A stretch of 32,000 nt of DNA. Origin: Pseudoalteromonas translucida KMM 520. Lineage in GTDB: Bacteria > Pseudomonadota > Gammaproteobacteria > Enterobacterales > Alteromonadaceae. Positions within the stretch are counted from its first letter, which is position 1, and each line of letters opens with the position of its first letter. The position numbers and the translations under genes were made by a program. Positions 1 to 8,515 of the stretch are shown here, piece by piece. Below the pieces are notes generated by a model that saw nothing but the letters and a program-made list of their open reading frames with translations, searched no databases and was not told the origin of the DNA. The DNA lies in NCBI RefSeq assembly GCF_001465295.1, contig NZ_CP011035.1, positions 240,001 through 272,000 on the forward strand, given 5' to 3'.

Positions 1-220
1 GGAGCGAAAAACGATTGTCACGCAGCCAGCTTAACCAGTTAATGCCATTACCATCGGGTAGGTTTAAATCAAGAATGCATAAATCAAAATTGCTTGATTG
101 CATATAAGTAGTAGCTGCGCCCAGGGTACTAACGTGCTCAACGGCTTGCCCTTGGTGGGTTAAGTAAGTACAGATAGCATCGGCTATTACTTCGTCATCT
201 TCCACTAACAATACAAACAT
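1..220 (-). CDS. Response regulator, N-terminal receiver domain only (gene continues past the left edge)
   Basis: Not in the ORF track because it is truncated. Manual reverse-strand translation from the ATG at 220-218 gives MFVLLVEDDEVIADAICTYLTHQGQAVEHVSTLGAATTYMQSSNFDLCILDLNLPDGNGINWLSWLRDNRFSL. It has the LLVEDD acidic pocket and the DLxILDLxLPDG phospho-acceptor motif of CheY-like receivers. Confidence 0.75.
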   Translation of the reverse strand, partial: MFVLLVEDDEVIADAICTYLTHQGQAVEHVSTLGAATTYMQSSNFDLCILDLNLPDGNGINWLSWLRDNRFSL

Positions 221-381
221 ACTCGCCACTCTATTAAAAAACACCCTAACTAGAATACCTGTTTCCATTTATTAAGTAACTGCTATGTGCTTATTTACTA
301 TTAATTTTTGCTCTTAATATTGGCTTAATTAACGCTTTGTATACTATAGCGGCTAACCGTATTTAAAGAAGATTTATAGCT

Positions 382-1203
382 ATGTTAAGTATTTCACTCG
401 GGCCGTTTGTTATTGCCATTTCGCAGCTTATTATTTTATTAGGCTTAGGCGTATTTTGGGGGCTTACCTATTTACAAACTCGTAAGCAACCACAACAAAA
501 AGCAATTTTAGACACTGTATTTAAAGCGTTTGTGGTGGGCTTTATTGTTGCGCGATTAATGTTTGTTTTGACTATGTGGGATGCGTATCAAGAAAACTGG
601 TGGCAACTTATTAATATAAGTGATGGCGGCTTTATGCCTTCTTATGGCTGGGTGGCGGGTGCGCTTGTGTTGGTGCTGTATGCGCGAGGCAAAAAAGCAG
701 TACTGAAAACCTATTTTATCGCGGCTATTGTCGCGCTGTTTACCATTATGGTGCCTACCTTTGCAGCCTCTATTTATAAAGCAGGGGTTGAGCTGCCACA
801 ATCTGCGGTATATAACCTGCGTGGTAAAGAGGTTGATTTACAATCATTTAAAGGCAAACCTGTCGTTATTAACTTTTGGGCGTCGTGGTGCCCACCGTGT
901 CGTAAAGAAATGCCGGTATTACAGGCTGCACAAAAAAATAATCCTAATATTGCCTTTGTTTTTGTTAACCAAGGAGAGGACTTATTTACGGTACAAAAAT
1001 TTATAAATGCTGAGCAGCTCGACTTACAAAATGTGTTTTTTGATCAAAACAGTAATGTAAGTCGTGAATCCGGAGCTGCTGGGCTACCAACCACGCTTTT
1101 TTATAGCAGTGATGGCAAATTAGTAACCAGTCACATGGGAGAGCTCTCACACGCGAGTTTGCGTTATTACATGCAAGCTATAAATCAACAGTCTGCACAA
1201 TAA
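382..1203 (+). CDS. Membrane-anchored TlpA/ResA-like thiol:disulfide oxidoreductase (polytopic N-terminal domain plus thioredoxin fold)
   Basis: 273-aa ORF. About 130 hydrophobic N-terminal residues form several predicted TM helices and contain no Cys. The C-terminal part carries FWASWCPPCRKEMP, the WCxxC redoxin motif typical of TlpA/DsbE-type proteins. Confidence 0.8.
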   Translation: MLSISLGPFVIAISQLIILLGLGVFWGLTYLQTRKQPQQKAILDTVFKAFVVGFIVARLMFVLTMWDAYQENWWQLINISDGGFMPSYGWVAGALVLVLYARGKKAVLKTYFIAAIVALFTIMVPTFAASIYKAGVELPQSAVYNLRGKEVDLQSFKGKPVVINFWASWCPPCRKEMPVLQAAQKNNPNIAFVFVNQGEDLFTVQKFINAEQLDLQNVFFDQNSNVSRESGAAGLPTTLFYSSDGKLVTSHMGELSHASLRYYMQAINQQSAQ

Positions 1204-1212
1204 GGATGCCTC

Positions 1213-1986
1213 ATGAAGTTAATTTATTTACTGCCATTACTAGCGTTTACCTCGCCCCTATTGGCTCAACAAAAAGCACTGCCAGCACCCCTTAAGTTAG
1301 TTACTGAGCAAGGCGGCGAAATAGTCAGTGAGTTTGCAGCGCCTGCCAACATGAAAGGCTATGTTGCCGACTTTAAAGGCCAAGTTATTACTTTATATAT
1401 CACCGCCGACGAGCAATATTTACTTACTGGCCCTATGCTTGACGCCAATGGTAATAATGTAGGAGAGCAAGCAGAAAACGACTACGCTACAGGCCCTAAA
1501 GCGCAAAAAGACTGGCAAACATTAGAGAGTAGCCATTGGATAGTCGATGGTTCAGCCAAGGCAAAGCGAGTAGTTTATACCTTCACCGATCCCAATTGCC
1601 CTTATTGCAGAAAGTTTTGGCAAAATGCGCGTCCTTGGGTTGACGCAGGTGAGGTACAAATACGCCATATTTTAGTGGGTATTTTAAAAGCCGACAGCTT
1701 AGGCAAAGCGGCGGCTATTATGAGTGCCAGTAACCCTGAAGAAGTGTTAAAAAAGTTTGAAAACGATAATTTAGCGCGTACATTACAGCCGCTAAAAAAT
1801 CCACCTGAGCAGATAAATGCGCAATTAATGAAAAACCATCAAATAATGATGAGTGTTGGTGCCAGAGCAACCCCCGCTACTTTTTATCACGATGCTAATG
1901 GGGCGGTAAAAATGCAAATGGGCTTACCGCCTGCGTCATTAATGACTGAGATCCTTGGCCCACGGCCAAGTAAGCTAACCAAGTAA
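1213..1986 (+). CDS. dsbG: Periplasmic thiol:disulfide interchange protein, DsbG/DsbC family
   Basis: 257-aa ORF starting 9 nt after the previous stop. Signal peptide MKLIYLLPLLAFTSPLLAQ. Active-site context FTDPNCPYCRKFW has the CPYC motif of DsbG (DsbC has CGYC). An N-terminal dimerisation-type domain precedes the thioredoxin fold. Confidence 0.8.
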   Translation: MKLIYLLPLLAFTSPLLAQQKALPAPLKLVTEQGGEIVSEFAAPANMKGYVADFKGQVITLYITADEQYLLTGPMLDANGNNVGEQAENDYATGPKAQKDWQTLESSHWIVDGSAKAKRVVYTFTDPNCPYCRKFWQNARPWVDAGEVQIRHILVGILKADSLGKAAAIMSASNPEEVLKKFENDNLARTLQPLKNPPEQINAQLMKNHQIMMSVGARATPATFYHDANGAVKMQMGLPPASLMTEILGPRPSKLTK

Positions 1987-2017
1987 AAAACCAACTTAGT
2001 ACATAGTGTGCAACGTC

Positions 2018-2046
2018 AAGCCGGTAAAAGTTTTACCGGCTTTTTT
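2018..2046 (+). terminator. Rho-independent terminator after dsbG
   Basis: Stem aagccggtaaaa / ttttaccggctt is perfectly complementary and is followed by a T-run (ttttt). Confidence 0.7.
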
Positions 2047-2233
2047 ATAAATAACGTTAAATATTGTTACACTTTGTTATTTACATAAGGTATTCAGTAA
2101 GTTATAGACTTTATTAATCGGCCATTAAGTTTGGCGCTGTAGACTTAGCAGCAATTTTTGACCCGCTATTAACCTTTATTGATAGCGCTGCCGCTAAGTA
2201 TCAAAAGCGCATAAAACGGAACCGCACACTGTC

Positions 2234-5161
2234 ATGAGTACTTGCAATAATCGCCCCTTTTCACTACCTGCATTAACATTTATAAAATCAGCACTGTGTT
2301 TATCTGTTTTATCTGCCATAGGTAGCGCGTATGCGGCGCAACCAGCCCTCACCGCTAAAAATAATGCCGATATAGAAGTAATCGAAGTACGGGGAATTCG
2401 CTCCAGTATGGCCGAAAACCTTGACATTAAACGCATGTCTAGCTCAGTTGTTGATGCTATAACCGCAGAAGATATTGGTAAGTTTCCAGATAAAAACGTA
2501 GCCGACTCATTGCAACGTATACCAGGGGTAATGATTGAACGTGATGGCGGCGAAGGCGCATCGGTAAGTATTCGTGGTTTGTCGTCTGAGCTTACTTTTA
2601 CTCAGCTTAACGGTAATTTTATTGCATCGTCACCTGGCGAGCCTTCGCGTTCGTTTGATTACACGCTACTCCCTTCAGCCATGATAGCCAGTGTTGAGGT
2701 ATATAAATCGCCCGAAGCGCGTTTAGATGAAGGTGGTGTAGGCGGCACAGTATTAATGCATAGCCGTAAGCCGCTCAGCATGGAGGCCAACTCTGGAGTA
2801 CTAAATATTGAAGGGACTTACAGTGACGTAACGCAAACTAGTGAGCCACAACTAACCGGTTTATATTCTTGGAAAAACAATGCAGAAACGCTTGGCTTTT
2901 TAGTGGGCTATACTCGCCAAGAGCGCACCAATCGTACTCTCTCTGGTGGCACCGATGCCAATGTGTGGCGCTACACAGGTGATGGCCAACCGGTAGATGT
3001 AAATGGCAATGCGGTCAATAACAATAATAGCTGGGATACAATTACCGATGCCAATGGTAATAATTATGATGGTGTGTGGTTTCCACAAGTCGTGCGCGGC
3101 TCAGTACTTAATGAAAAACGCGAACGCGAAGGCATACAGTTTAGTACGCAGTGGCGTCCAACTAATCGTGTGGAAATAGGGTTAAACTATTTTGGCTTTA
3201 CGCTGGGGCAAAACAGAACTGAGTCGGTTATTGATATGCCAGAGTGGTCGTTAAATCCCGATTACTTAACCGATGTGAACTTGGATGAATCGGGCACGAT
3301 TGTTAATGGTATGCAGTTTGATGCTGCAGCAAGTGGCGCACAAGGTGACATGCAGTTTCCGTGGATGCGTGGCAGTTATGTTCGTGAAGAGTCGAGTTCA
3401 GATACCTTCGATTTTAATTTAACTTACGAAGGCGATGATTTTAAAGCGCGCTTTGTTGCGGGCAATACTCGCTCAAAAGGCGGCCCAGAAGAAAGTTGGG
3501 AGGCCGCTTATAAAAGCTCAAATGCCAGCGAAAACCCAACAACAATTGAAAACGCAGCGCAAAATGCCGGTTGGCAACTTGGTAAAAACGATATAACCCT
3601 CAATATAGACCCAAATACACTGGCTAATTTACTCAGCGGCGTAGGCGGTGGGCGCGATCCGGGTTCATCAAACTCAAGCTTTGTACGCAGCGAGCTTGAA
3701 GAAAGTTACTACCAAGGCGATCTAGACTTTTACGCCGATTGGGGCTTTTTAACAACCATTAAAACCGGCGTAAAATACCGCGAAGCCACATTGCACCGCG
3801 AAACCGGTAATACCTTCTTTTTAGATCCTCGTTTTGATATTGCCGCCGGAGAAGCCAGAGAGGGCGGCATAACCCGCTTTGATAGCTACCAGTGGAATAA
3901 CGGAATGCCGGCAGCGCAAGATGTTTTTATTAACCAAGGCAATATTGCAGGGGGCTTTAATATAAACCAAATGCCCAGTATTGATTGGGATAAATACCGC
4001 GACATTATTACTAGTAATTACGTACCTTACACCCGTATGGAAGACAACTTTGTATACGATATTGAAGAAAAAATAGCGGCTTTTTATCTGCAAGGTGACT
4101 TTGAATTTAATCAAGTTAGAGGTAATTTAGGGGTACGGGTTGTACGCAGCAAAACCATGAGTGCTTCTACCGATTTATATACTTACTTTTTGGATCATAC
4201 CAATGATGAAACAGGGGAGCCTGTTATCGGTGATGATCGCTCAGTAGAGGATTACCAACTGGTAGTGCAACAAAACACCGACACCCAAGTATTGCCAAGC
4301 TTTAACATTGCTTGGGATGCCACAGATGATTTAGTGATTCGTGGCGCGGTTGCTAAAGTAATGTCGCGCCCCGATTATGCAGATTTAGGCGCGCAGCAAC
4401 GCATTAGTTATATTTCAGACGAGTGGGCAGCCGACAGAGCCGACTTTAACGAGCAACCTGGCTTTAGTGGCAGTGGCGGTAATAAAAACTTAAAGTCGTT
4501 TATATCGGTACAAGCCGATTTATCTATCGAATATTATTACGCTGAAGGCTCAGCAATTGGCTTAGCGCTGTTTCATAAAAAAGTTGATAACTTTGTAGTG
4601 CCAGTGGTCATTAACGCCCAACAAAACTTTGCTGGTAAAGACGGTATTGTAGAGGCAGGTAATATAAATATTACTCCTTACAGCACAGTAGGTAATGGCA
4701 CTAACGCGGTATCTAAAGGAGCCGAGGTGTTTTTGCAACACGCCTTTGATAGCGGCTTTGGTTTTTACGCTAACTACACTTATAACAAAACAAATAAAGC
4801 AGAAGTAACCGTAGACGGCGAAGCATTTGGGCAATCGCCACTGATCGGCAGTGCAAAGTATCAATATAATACCTCGGTTTATTTTGAAGGTGATGATTTT
4901 AACGTACGTGCCTCATACAATAAGCGCGGCGAAACGGTATTGGGCTTAAATAGTGGCTTAAACGTGTACCAAGACCCATATGATCAGGTTGATGTTAATG
5001 CCTCAATTAACTTATACGAAGGCCTTAGTTTTACTGCAGCAATTATAAACTTAACCAAGTCTGAGTCGGTTACGCGTTTAGGTAACGATAGTGACGCACG
5101 GTTACTAAACTCAAGCTACTCGGGCAGGCGTTATTACGCTGGGTTTAACTACAGCTTTTAA
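2234..5161 (+). CDS. TonB-dependent outer-membrane receptor (large, about 975 aa)
   Basis: Signal peptide ends in AIGSAYA-AQ. The plug region carries IEVIEVRGIRSS and VVDAITAEDIGKFPDKNVADSLQRIPGV. A long beta-barrel region ends in the aromatic terminal residue (GFNYSF) typical of outer-membrane barrels. Confidence 0.9.
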   Translation: MSTCNNRPFSLPALTFIKSALCLSVLSAIGSAYAAQPALTAKNNADIEVIEVRGIRSSMAENLDIKRMSSSVVDAITAEDIGKFPDKNVADSLQRIPGVMIERDGGEGASVSIRGLSSELTFTQLNGNFIASSPGEPSRSFDYTLLPSAMIASVEVYKSPEARLDEGGVGGTVLMHSRKPLSMEANSGVLNIEGTYSDVTQTSEPQLTGLYSWKNNAETLGFLVGYTRQERTNRTLSGGTDANVWRYTGDGQPVDVNGNAVNNNNSWDTITDANGNNYDGVWFPQVVRGSVLNEKREREGIQFSTQWRPTNRVEIGLNYFGFTLGQNRTESVIDMPEWSLNPDYLTDVNLDESGTIVNGMQFDAAASGAQGDMQFPWMRGSYVREESSSDTFDFNLTYEGDDFKARFVAGNTRSKGGPEESWEAAYKSSNASENPTTIENAAQNAGWQLGKNDITLNIDPNTLANLLSGVGGGRDPGSSNSSFVRSELEESYYQGDLDFYADWGFLTTIKTGVKYREATLHRETGNTFFLDPRFDIAAGEAREGGITRFDSYQWNNGMPAAQDVFINQGNIAGGFNINQMPSIDWDKYRDIITSNYVPYTRMEDNFVYDIEEKIAAFYLQGDFEFNQVRGNLGVRVVRSKTMSASTDLYTYFLDHTNDETGEPVIGDDRSVEDYQLVVQQNTDTQVLPSFNIAWDATDDLVIRGAVAKVMSRPDYADLGAQQRISYISDEWAADRADFNEQPGFSGSGGNKNLKSFISVQADLSIEYYYAEGSAIGLALFHKKVDNFVVPVVINAQQNFAGKDGIVEAGNINITPYSTVGNGTNAVSKGAEVFLQHAFDSGFGFYANYTYNKTNKAEVTVDGEAFGQSPLIGSAKYQYNTSVYFEGDDFNVRASYNKRGETVLGLNSGLNVYQDPYDQVDVNASINLYEGLSFTAAIINLTKSESVTRLGNDSDARLLNSSYSGRRYYAGFNYSF

Positions 5162-5186
5162 GCTGCTACTTAAAGTAACTTTAATT

Positions 5187-5220
5187 AAGCCGACCTAAAC
5201 TTAAAGTCGGCTTATTCTTT
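5187..5220 (+). terminator. Rho-independent terminator after the TonB-dependent receptor
   Basis: Stem aagccgac / gtcggctt with an 11-nt loop, followed by attcttt. Confidence 0.6.
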
Positions 5221-5301
5221 GTGTTTACCTTGTTTCTTAACGGTATGAATACTATGATGAATTTATAACTAAAATTGAGTAATCACGGCGAGTAACTAAT
5301 A

Positions 5302-5940
5302 TTGACAACCTATCAGCCCCTAATTAATGACTCTGCGTCCTTAATCGAATTTACCCGCATTTATTTAGCCGTTTTTTATACCTTTGTAGCGGGGTTCTAC
5401 ACCGTTAGAATACTCTATAAAAACAGTAATACGCCATCGGGAGTGATTTTTACGGGGAAAAAATATTGCGCTAATTGGTGGAACCATCTCGTTTTTCGCA
5501 TTTTTAGAGCCGCTATTTGGTTAGTGTGTGTTGTAAGGGTATTTATACCTGCAACCGATAACTACCTCGGAATTTTTTTGCCGTTAAATACATGGCCAGG
5601 CGTAATGCTAGGTAATGCTTTATTAACTGTTGGTTTTATATTAACTATGGTTGTGCATTTTAATATGGCATCACTTTGGCGCTCAGGAATAGACCCACAA
5701 GGGCCTGATGAGCTTAAAGTAAACGGTTTTTACGCGTATTCTCGTAACCCTATGTATTTAGGCATTGCTGCGGCGCAGTTAGGCTTTTTTTTAGCACTAC
5801 CGAGCGTATTTAGCTTAGTGTGTTTACTGGTTGGGCTTACAGCGTTATATCGTCAGGTGTTGATTGAAGAGCAGCATTTAGTGAGCATATTTAACACCCA
5901 ATATAAAAAATATAAAGAATTAGTGCCACGTTGGTTATAG
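5302..5940 (+). CDS. Isoprenylcysteine carboxyl methyltransferase (ICMT)/phospholipid methyltransferase-family membrane protein
   Basis: 212-aa polytopic ORF with the C-terminal motif YAYSRNPMYLGIAAAQLGFF, which resembles the RHPxYxG signature of the ICMT/PEMT family. It starts at a non-ATG codon (TTG), so the start is uncertain. Confidence 0.6.
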   Translation: MTTYQPLINDSASLIEFTRIYLAVFYTFVAGFYTVRILYKNSNTPSGVIFTGKKYCANWWNHLVFRIFRAAIWLVCVVRVFIPATDNYLGIFLPLNTWPGVMLGNALLTVGFILTMVVHFNMASLWRSGIDPQGPDELKVNGFYAYSRNPMYLGIAAAQLGFFLALPSVFSLVCLLVGLTALYRQVLIEEQHLVSIFNTQYKKYKELVPRWL

Positions 5941-5956
5941 CGCTAAGGCTTAGCAA

Positions 5957-7972
5957 TTATTTGGGTTTAACAAATAGCTCAATAAATGTTTTTTTAGCAA
6001 TTGGTCTTGAAAATATGTATCCCTGAATATAGTCACAGTTGAGCTGTTCTAAAAGTGCGTATTGCTCTTGAGTTTCTACACCCTCGGCAACCACTTTAAC
6101 CTTTAAATTATGCGCCATAGTAATAATAGCTTTAATGAGTGCAATGCTATTGTTGTTACTTTCTATGTCGTTAATAAATGAACGATCTATTTTAAGTATG
6201 TTTATAGGTAGCCGCTGTAAATAAGAAAGCGATGAATAACCAACGCCAAAATCATCAATAGCAATATCAATACCTATTGCATTTAGACGTTTAAATTGGC
6301 TTTGAATTGGCGAGTCGGGGATCATTAAGGTATTTTCGGTCACCTCAATTAAAATGGTGTGTGCGGCTAATTCATGTTGTTTGCTGGCCTCAACCCACAA
6401 GTCAACCCAGTTGCCTGCACGGTCAATTTCCAATGGTGAGGTATTAACACTAATTTGCATCGGTATTTCACACACGTTATTAAATTCTATGGTATCGCGT
6501 ATTGCTTGTAATTTTACCCAGCGGCCAATATCACAAATTAAGCCATTTTTTTCAGCGATTGGTATGAAATTATCTGGGCCAATTAAGCCGCGAACTGGAT
6601 GGTTCCAACGTATTAATGCCTCTGCTTTTTGCACTGTTTCACCATCAATCGAAAAAATAGGTTGGTAGTAAAGCTCAAACTGCTCTTCTTTGAGGGCAAC
6701 TCTGATTTCTTCTATTAAAAGCCGTTTTTCTATGGCTTGTTCTTCAATAATATACGAAAAAAACTCATAACGATTACGACCTTTACTTTTAGATAAGTAC
6801 ATAGCCTGATCAGCGCGTTTTACCAGCTCTTCAACAGTACGACCATCATCAGGGAAAAATGCGAGACCTATACTAGCGGTAATATAAATAGGCTCTTTTT
6901 TTATATGAATACATTGAATTAAACTATTTTTTATTGTTTTAGCGATTTGTTGTGCAGTACTTAGATCGTCAACGCCTTCTAAAATAAGTGTAAATTCGTC
7001 GCCTCCAAGACGAGCAACCGTGTCGTTATCGCGTACACAACTTTTGAGTCGAGTTGCTACTTGGTGTAACAATAAATCGCCGTAGTCATGGCCAAGGCTA
7101 TCGTTTACTTCTTTAAAACCATCTAAATCAATCAAAATAAGCGTAAAGGTCATATTTTTAGTGTTTATTAAACTTTGTAGTTTTTCATAAAAATAGCGCC
7201 TATTGGGTAGGTCTGTGAGGCCATCTTGATATGCAAATTTGTGGAGTTGTACATTGGCGCTTTCTAGCTCTTTTGTACGTAAGCTAACTTGTTTTTCTAA
7301 GGAGTTTTCTCGTTGCTCTATTGTATATAGCATATCGTTAAAACAAGCAGTAAGTTGGCCTACTTCATCTTCAGAGAGTTGTTTTGCGCGTAAACTATAG
7401 TCGTTCGATGTAGTTATTTTATTTGCGGTTTGCGCTAAGTATAAAATAGGGTTTAAAAAACGCCGTCTTAGTAATAACGACAAAAGTAAGCTAATTACAA
7501 AGGTAAAAATTATTAATATAATAATAAATTTAGTATAAAACTCGCCTCGATCATTTATGTAACTATTATTCGTGCGTATTTTTAGCTCACCATAATATTG
7601 TGAATCTAACGAAAGCGCTGTCGATACTTCAAAGCTGTGCTCAACCGCTTCGCTATGTGCTAACGCGGGCGCTATTGCAAGCTGTTTACCAAAGGCACTA
7701 TTTACAACAACCGATATAATATCTGAACGAATAAGGATAGGGTTTATTAGTTCTTGTACTGCGTCGGTATCGTCAAACATCAGTGCAGTGGTAATATTGG
7801 GGGAGAGTACCTTTAACAGCGAATTTAGGCTTTTAGCTTGCTCTTCTTTTGCGTTGGCCATTTCATATGCACTAAATACAATTGTTACTGTAGCAGTTGA
7901 AACTAAAGCAACGCTCATTAAAATAAAGAGCAATTTTTTATTCATTGTATTTAACTTAAATAGCTTTCTCAT
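5957..7972 (-). CDS. Membrane sensor with HAMP, GGDEF and EAL domains (bifunctional-type c-di-GMP enzyme)
   Basis: 671 aa. One N-terminal TM helix, a roughly 130-aa periplasmic segment, a second TM helix, then HAMP. The GGDEF motif is intact (RLGGDEFTLIL) and an RxxD I-site (RDND) sits five residues upstream. The EAL domain has EALIRW, EVTE, DDFGVGYSSL, KIDRSF, EGVE and QGY. An AAGGGA SD lies 7 nt upstream of the ATG, inside the end of the upstream gene. Confidence 0.9.
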   Translation of the reverse strand: MRKLFKLNTMNKKLLFILMSVALVSTATVTIVFSAYEMANAKEEQAKSLNSLLKVLSPNITTALMFDDTDAVQELINPILIRSDIISVVVNSAFGKQLAIAPALAHSEAVEHSFEVSTALSLDSQYYGELKIRTNNSYINDRGEFYTKFIIILIIFTFVISLLLSLLLRRRFLNPILYLAQTANKITTSNDYSLRAKQLSEDEVGQLTACFNDMLYTIEQRENSLEKQVSLRTKELESANVQLHKFAYQDGLTDLPNRRYFYEKLQSLINTKNMTFTLILIDLDGFKEVNDSLGHDYGDLLLHQVATRLKSCVRDNDTVARLGGDEFTLILEGVDDLSTAQQIAKTIKNSLIQCIHIKKEPIYITASIGLAFFPDDGRTVEELVKRADQAMYLSKSKGRNRYEFFSYIIEEQAIEKRLLIEEIRVALKEEQFELYYQPIFSIDGETVQKAEALIRWNHPVRGLIGPDNFIPIAEKNGLICDIGRWVKLQAIRDTIEFNNVCEIPMQISVNTSPLEIDRAGNWVDLWVEASKQHELAAHTILIEVTENTLMIPDSPIQSQFKRLNAIGIDIAIDDFGVGYSSLSYLQRLPINILKIDRSFINDIESNNNSIALIKAIITMAHNLKVKVVAEGVETQEQYALLEQLNCDYIQGYIFSRPIAKKTFIELFVKPK

Positions 7973-7975
7973 TTG

Positions 7976-8506
7976 TTATCCCTTAACAATGCGAGCAAGG
8001 CGAAGTACTTTTGAGCTCATGGCTATACCTGCTTCTTCGAGCTTTTGAGGGGCAATTTCAAAACGAACTTTACCACCGGCTAAAAAAAACCTAATTTGCC
8101 CCCCGTTTTCAATAAAAGTTTCGGCTTCGCCTACGAGCATAATATTCTTATAAGATAGCTGTTGTGCACTTTGCCAATTTGCTGCTGTATTAGAAGTAAT
8201 AAACAGCATTTGACAGCCATTAATTGATATTTGATCCAGTGCTACATGTTTATTTTGAATAGGGCGATCATTTATTGAACGACCTTTTAAGGTTGTGCTT
8301 GCTGTATCTACAAAGTGTTTGTCGGGGCTGCATAAAGTGAAATACTCACGGCGGGAGAGCGAATTATGCCATTGGCTGAATCGTGCAAAGTTATATAAAA
8401 AAGCAGCTTTTAATTGATACTCTTTTTCCATAGCATAACTACTTGTGCTCGGTAACAGCATTAGTGTTATTAAAAGGCTTTGGGGTAAATATCTTAATTT
8501 AAGCAT
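7976..8506 (-). CDS. YfiR-like periplasmic protein (DUF4154 family)
   Basis: 176 aa. Signal peptide ends SSYA-ME. YQLKAAFLYNFARFSQW matches the conserved N-terminal block of YfiR/DUF4154. Two Cys residues (LCSPD and NGCQM) are placed like the YfiR disulfide pair. Its stop lies 3 nt before the GGDEF-EAL start. Confidence 0.75.
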   Translation of the reverse strand: MLKLRYLPQSLLITLMLLPSTSSYAMEKEYQLKAAFLYNFARFSQWHNSLSRREYFTLCSPDKHFVDTASTTLKGRSINDRPIQNKHVALDQISINGCQMLFITSNTAANWQSAQQLSYKNIMLVGEAETFIENGGQIRFFLAGGKVRFEIAPQKLEEAGIAMSSKVLRLARIVKG

Positions 8507-8515
8507 TGTTTTAAC

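Noticed and set aside
8082-8104. A8 and C6 homopolymer tracts inside the YfiR-like gene as possible phase-variation switches.
   Set aside because: The ORF is intact. Such A/T runs are common in this AT-rich sequence, and there is no evidence of length polymorphism from a single sequence.
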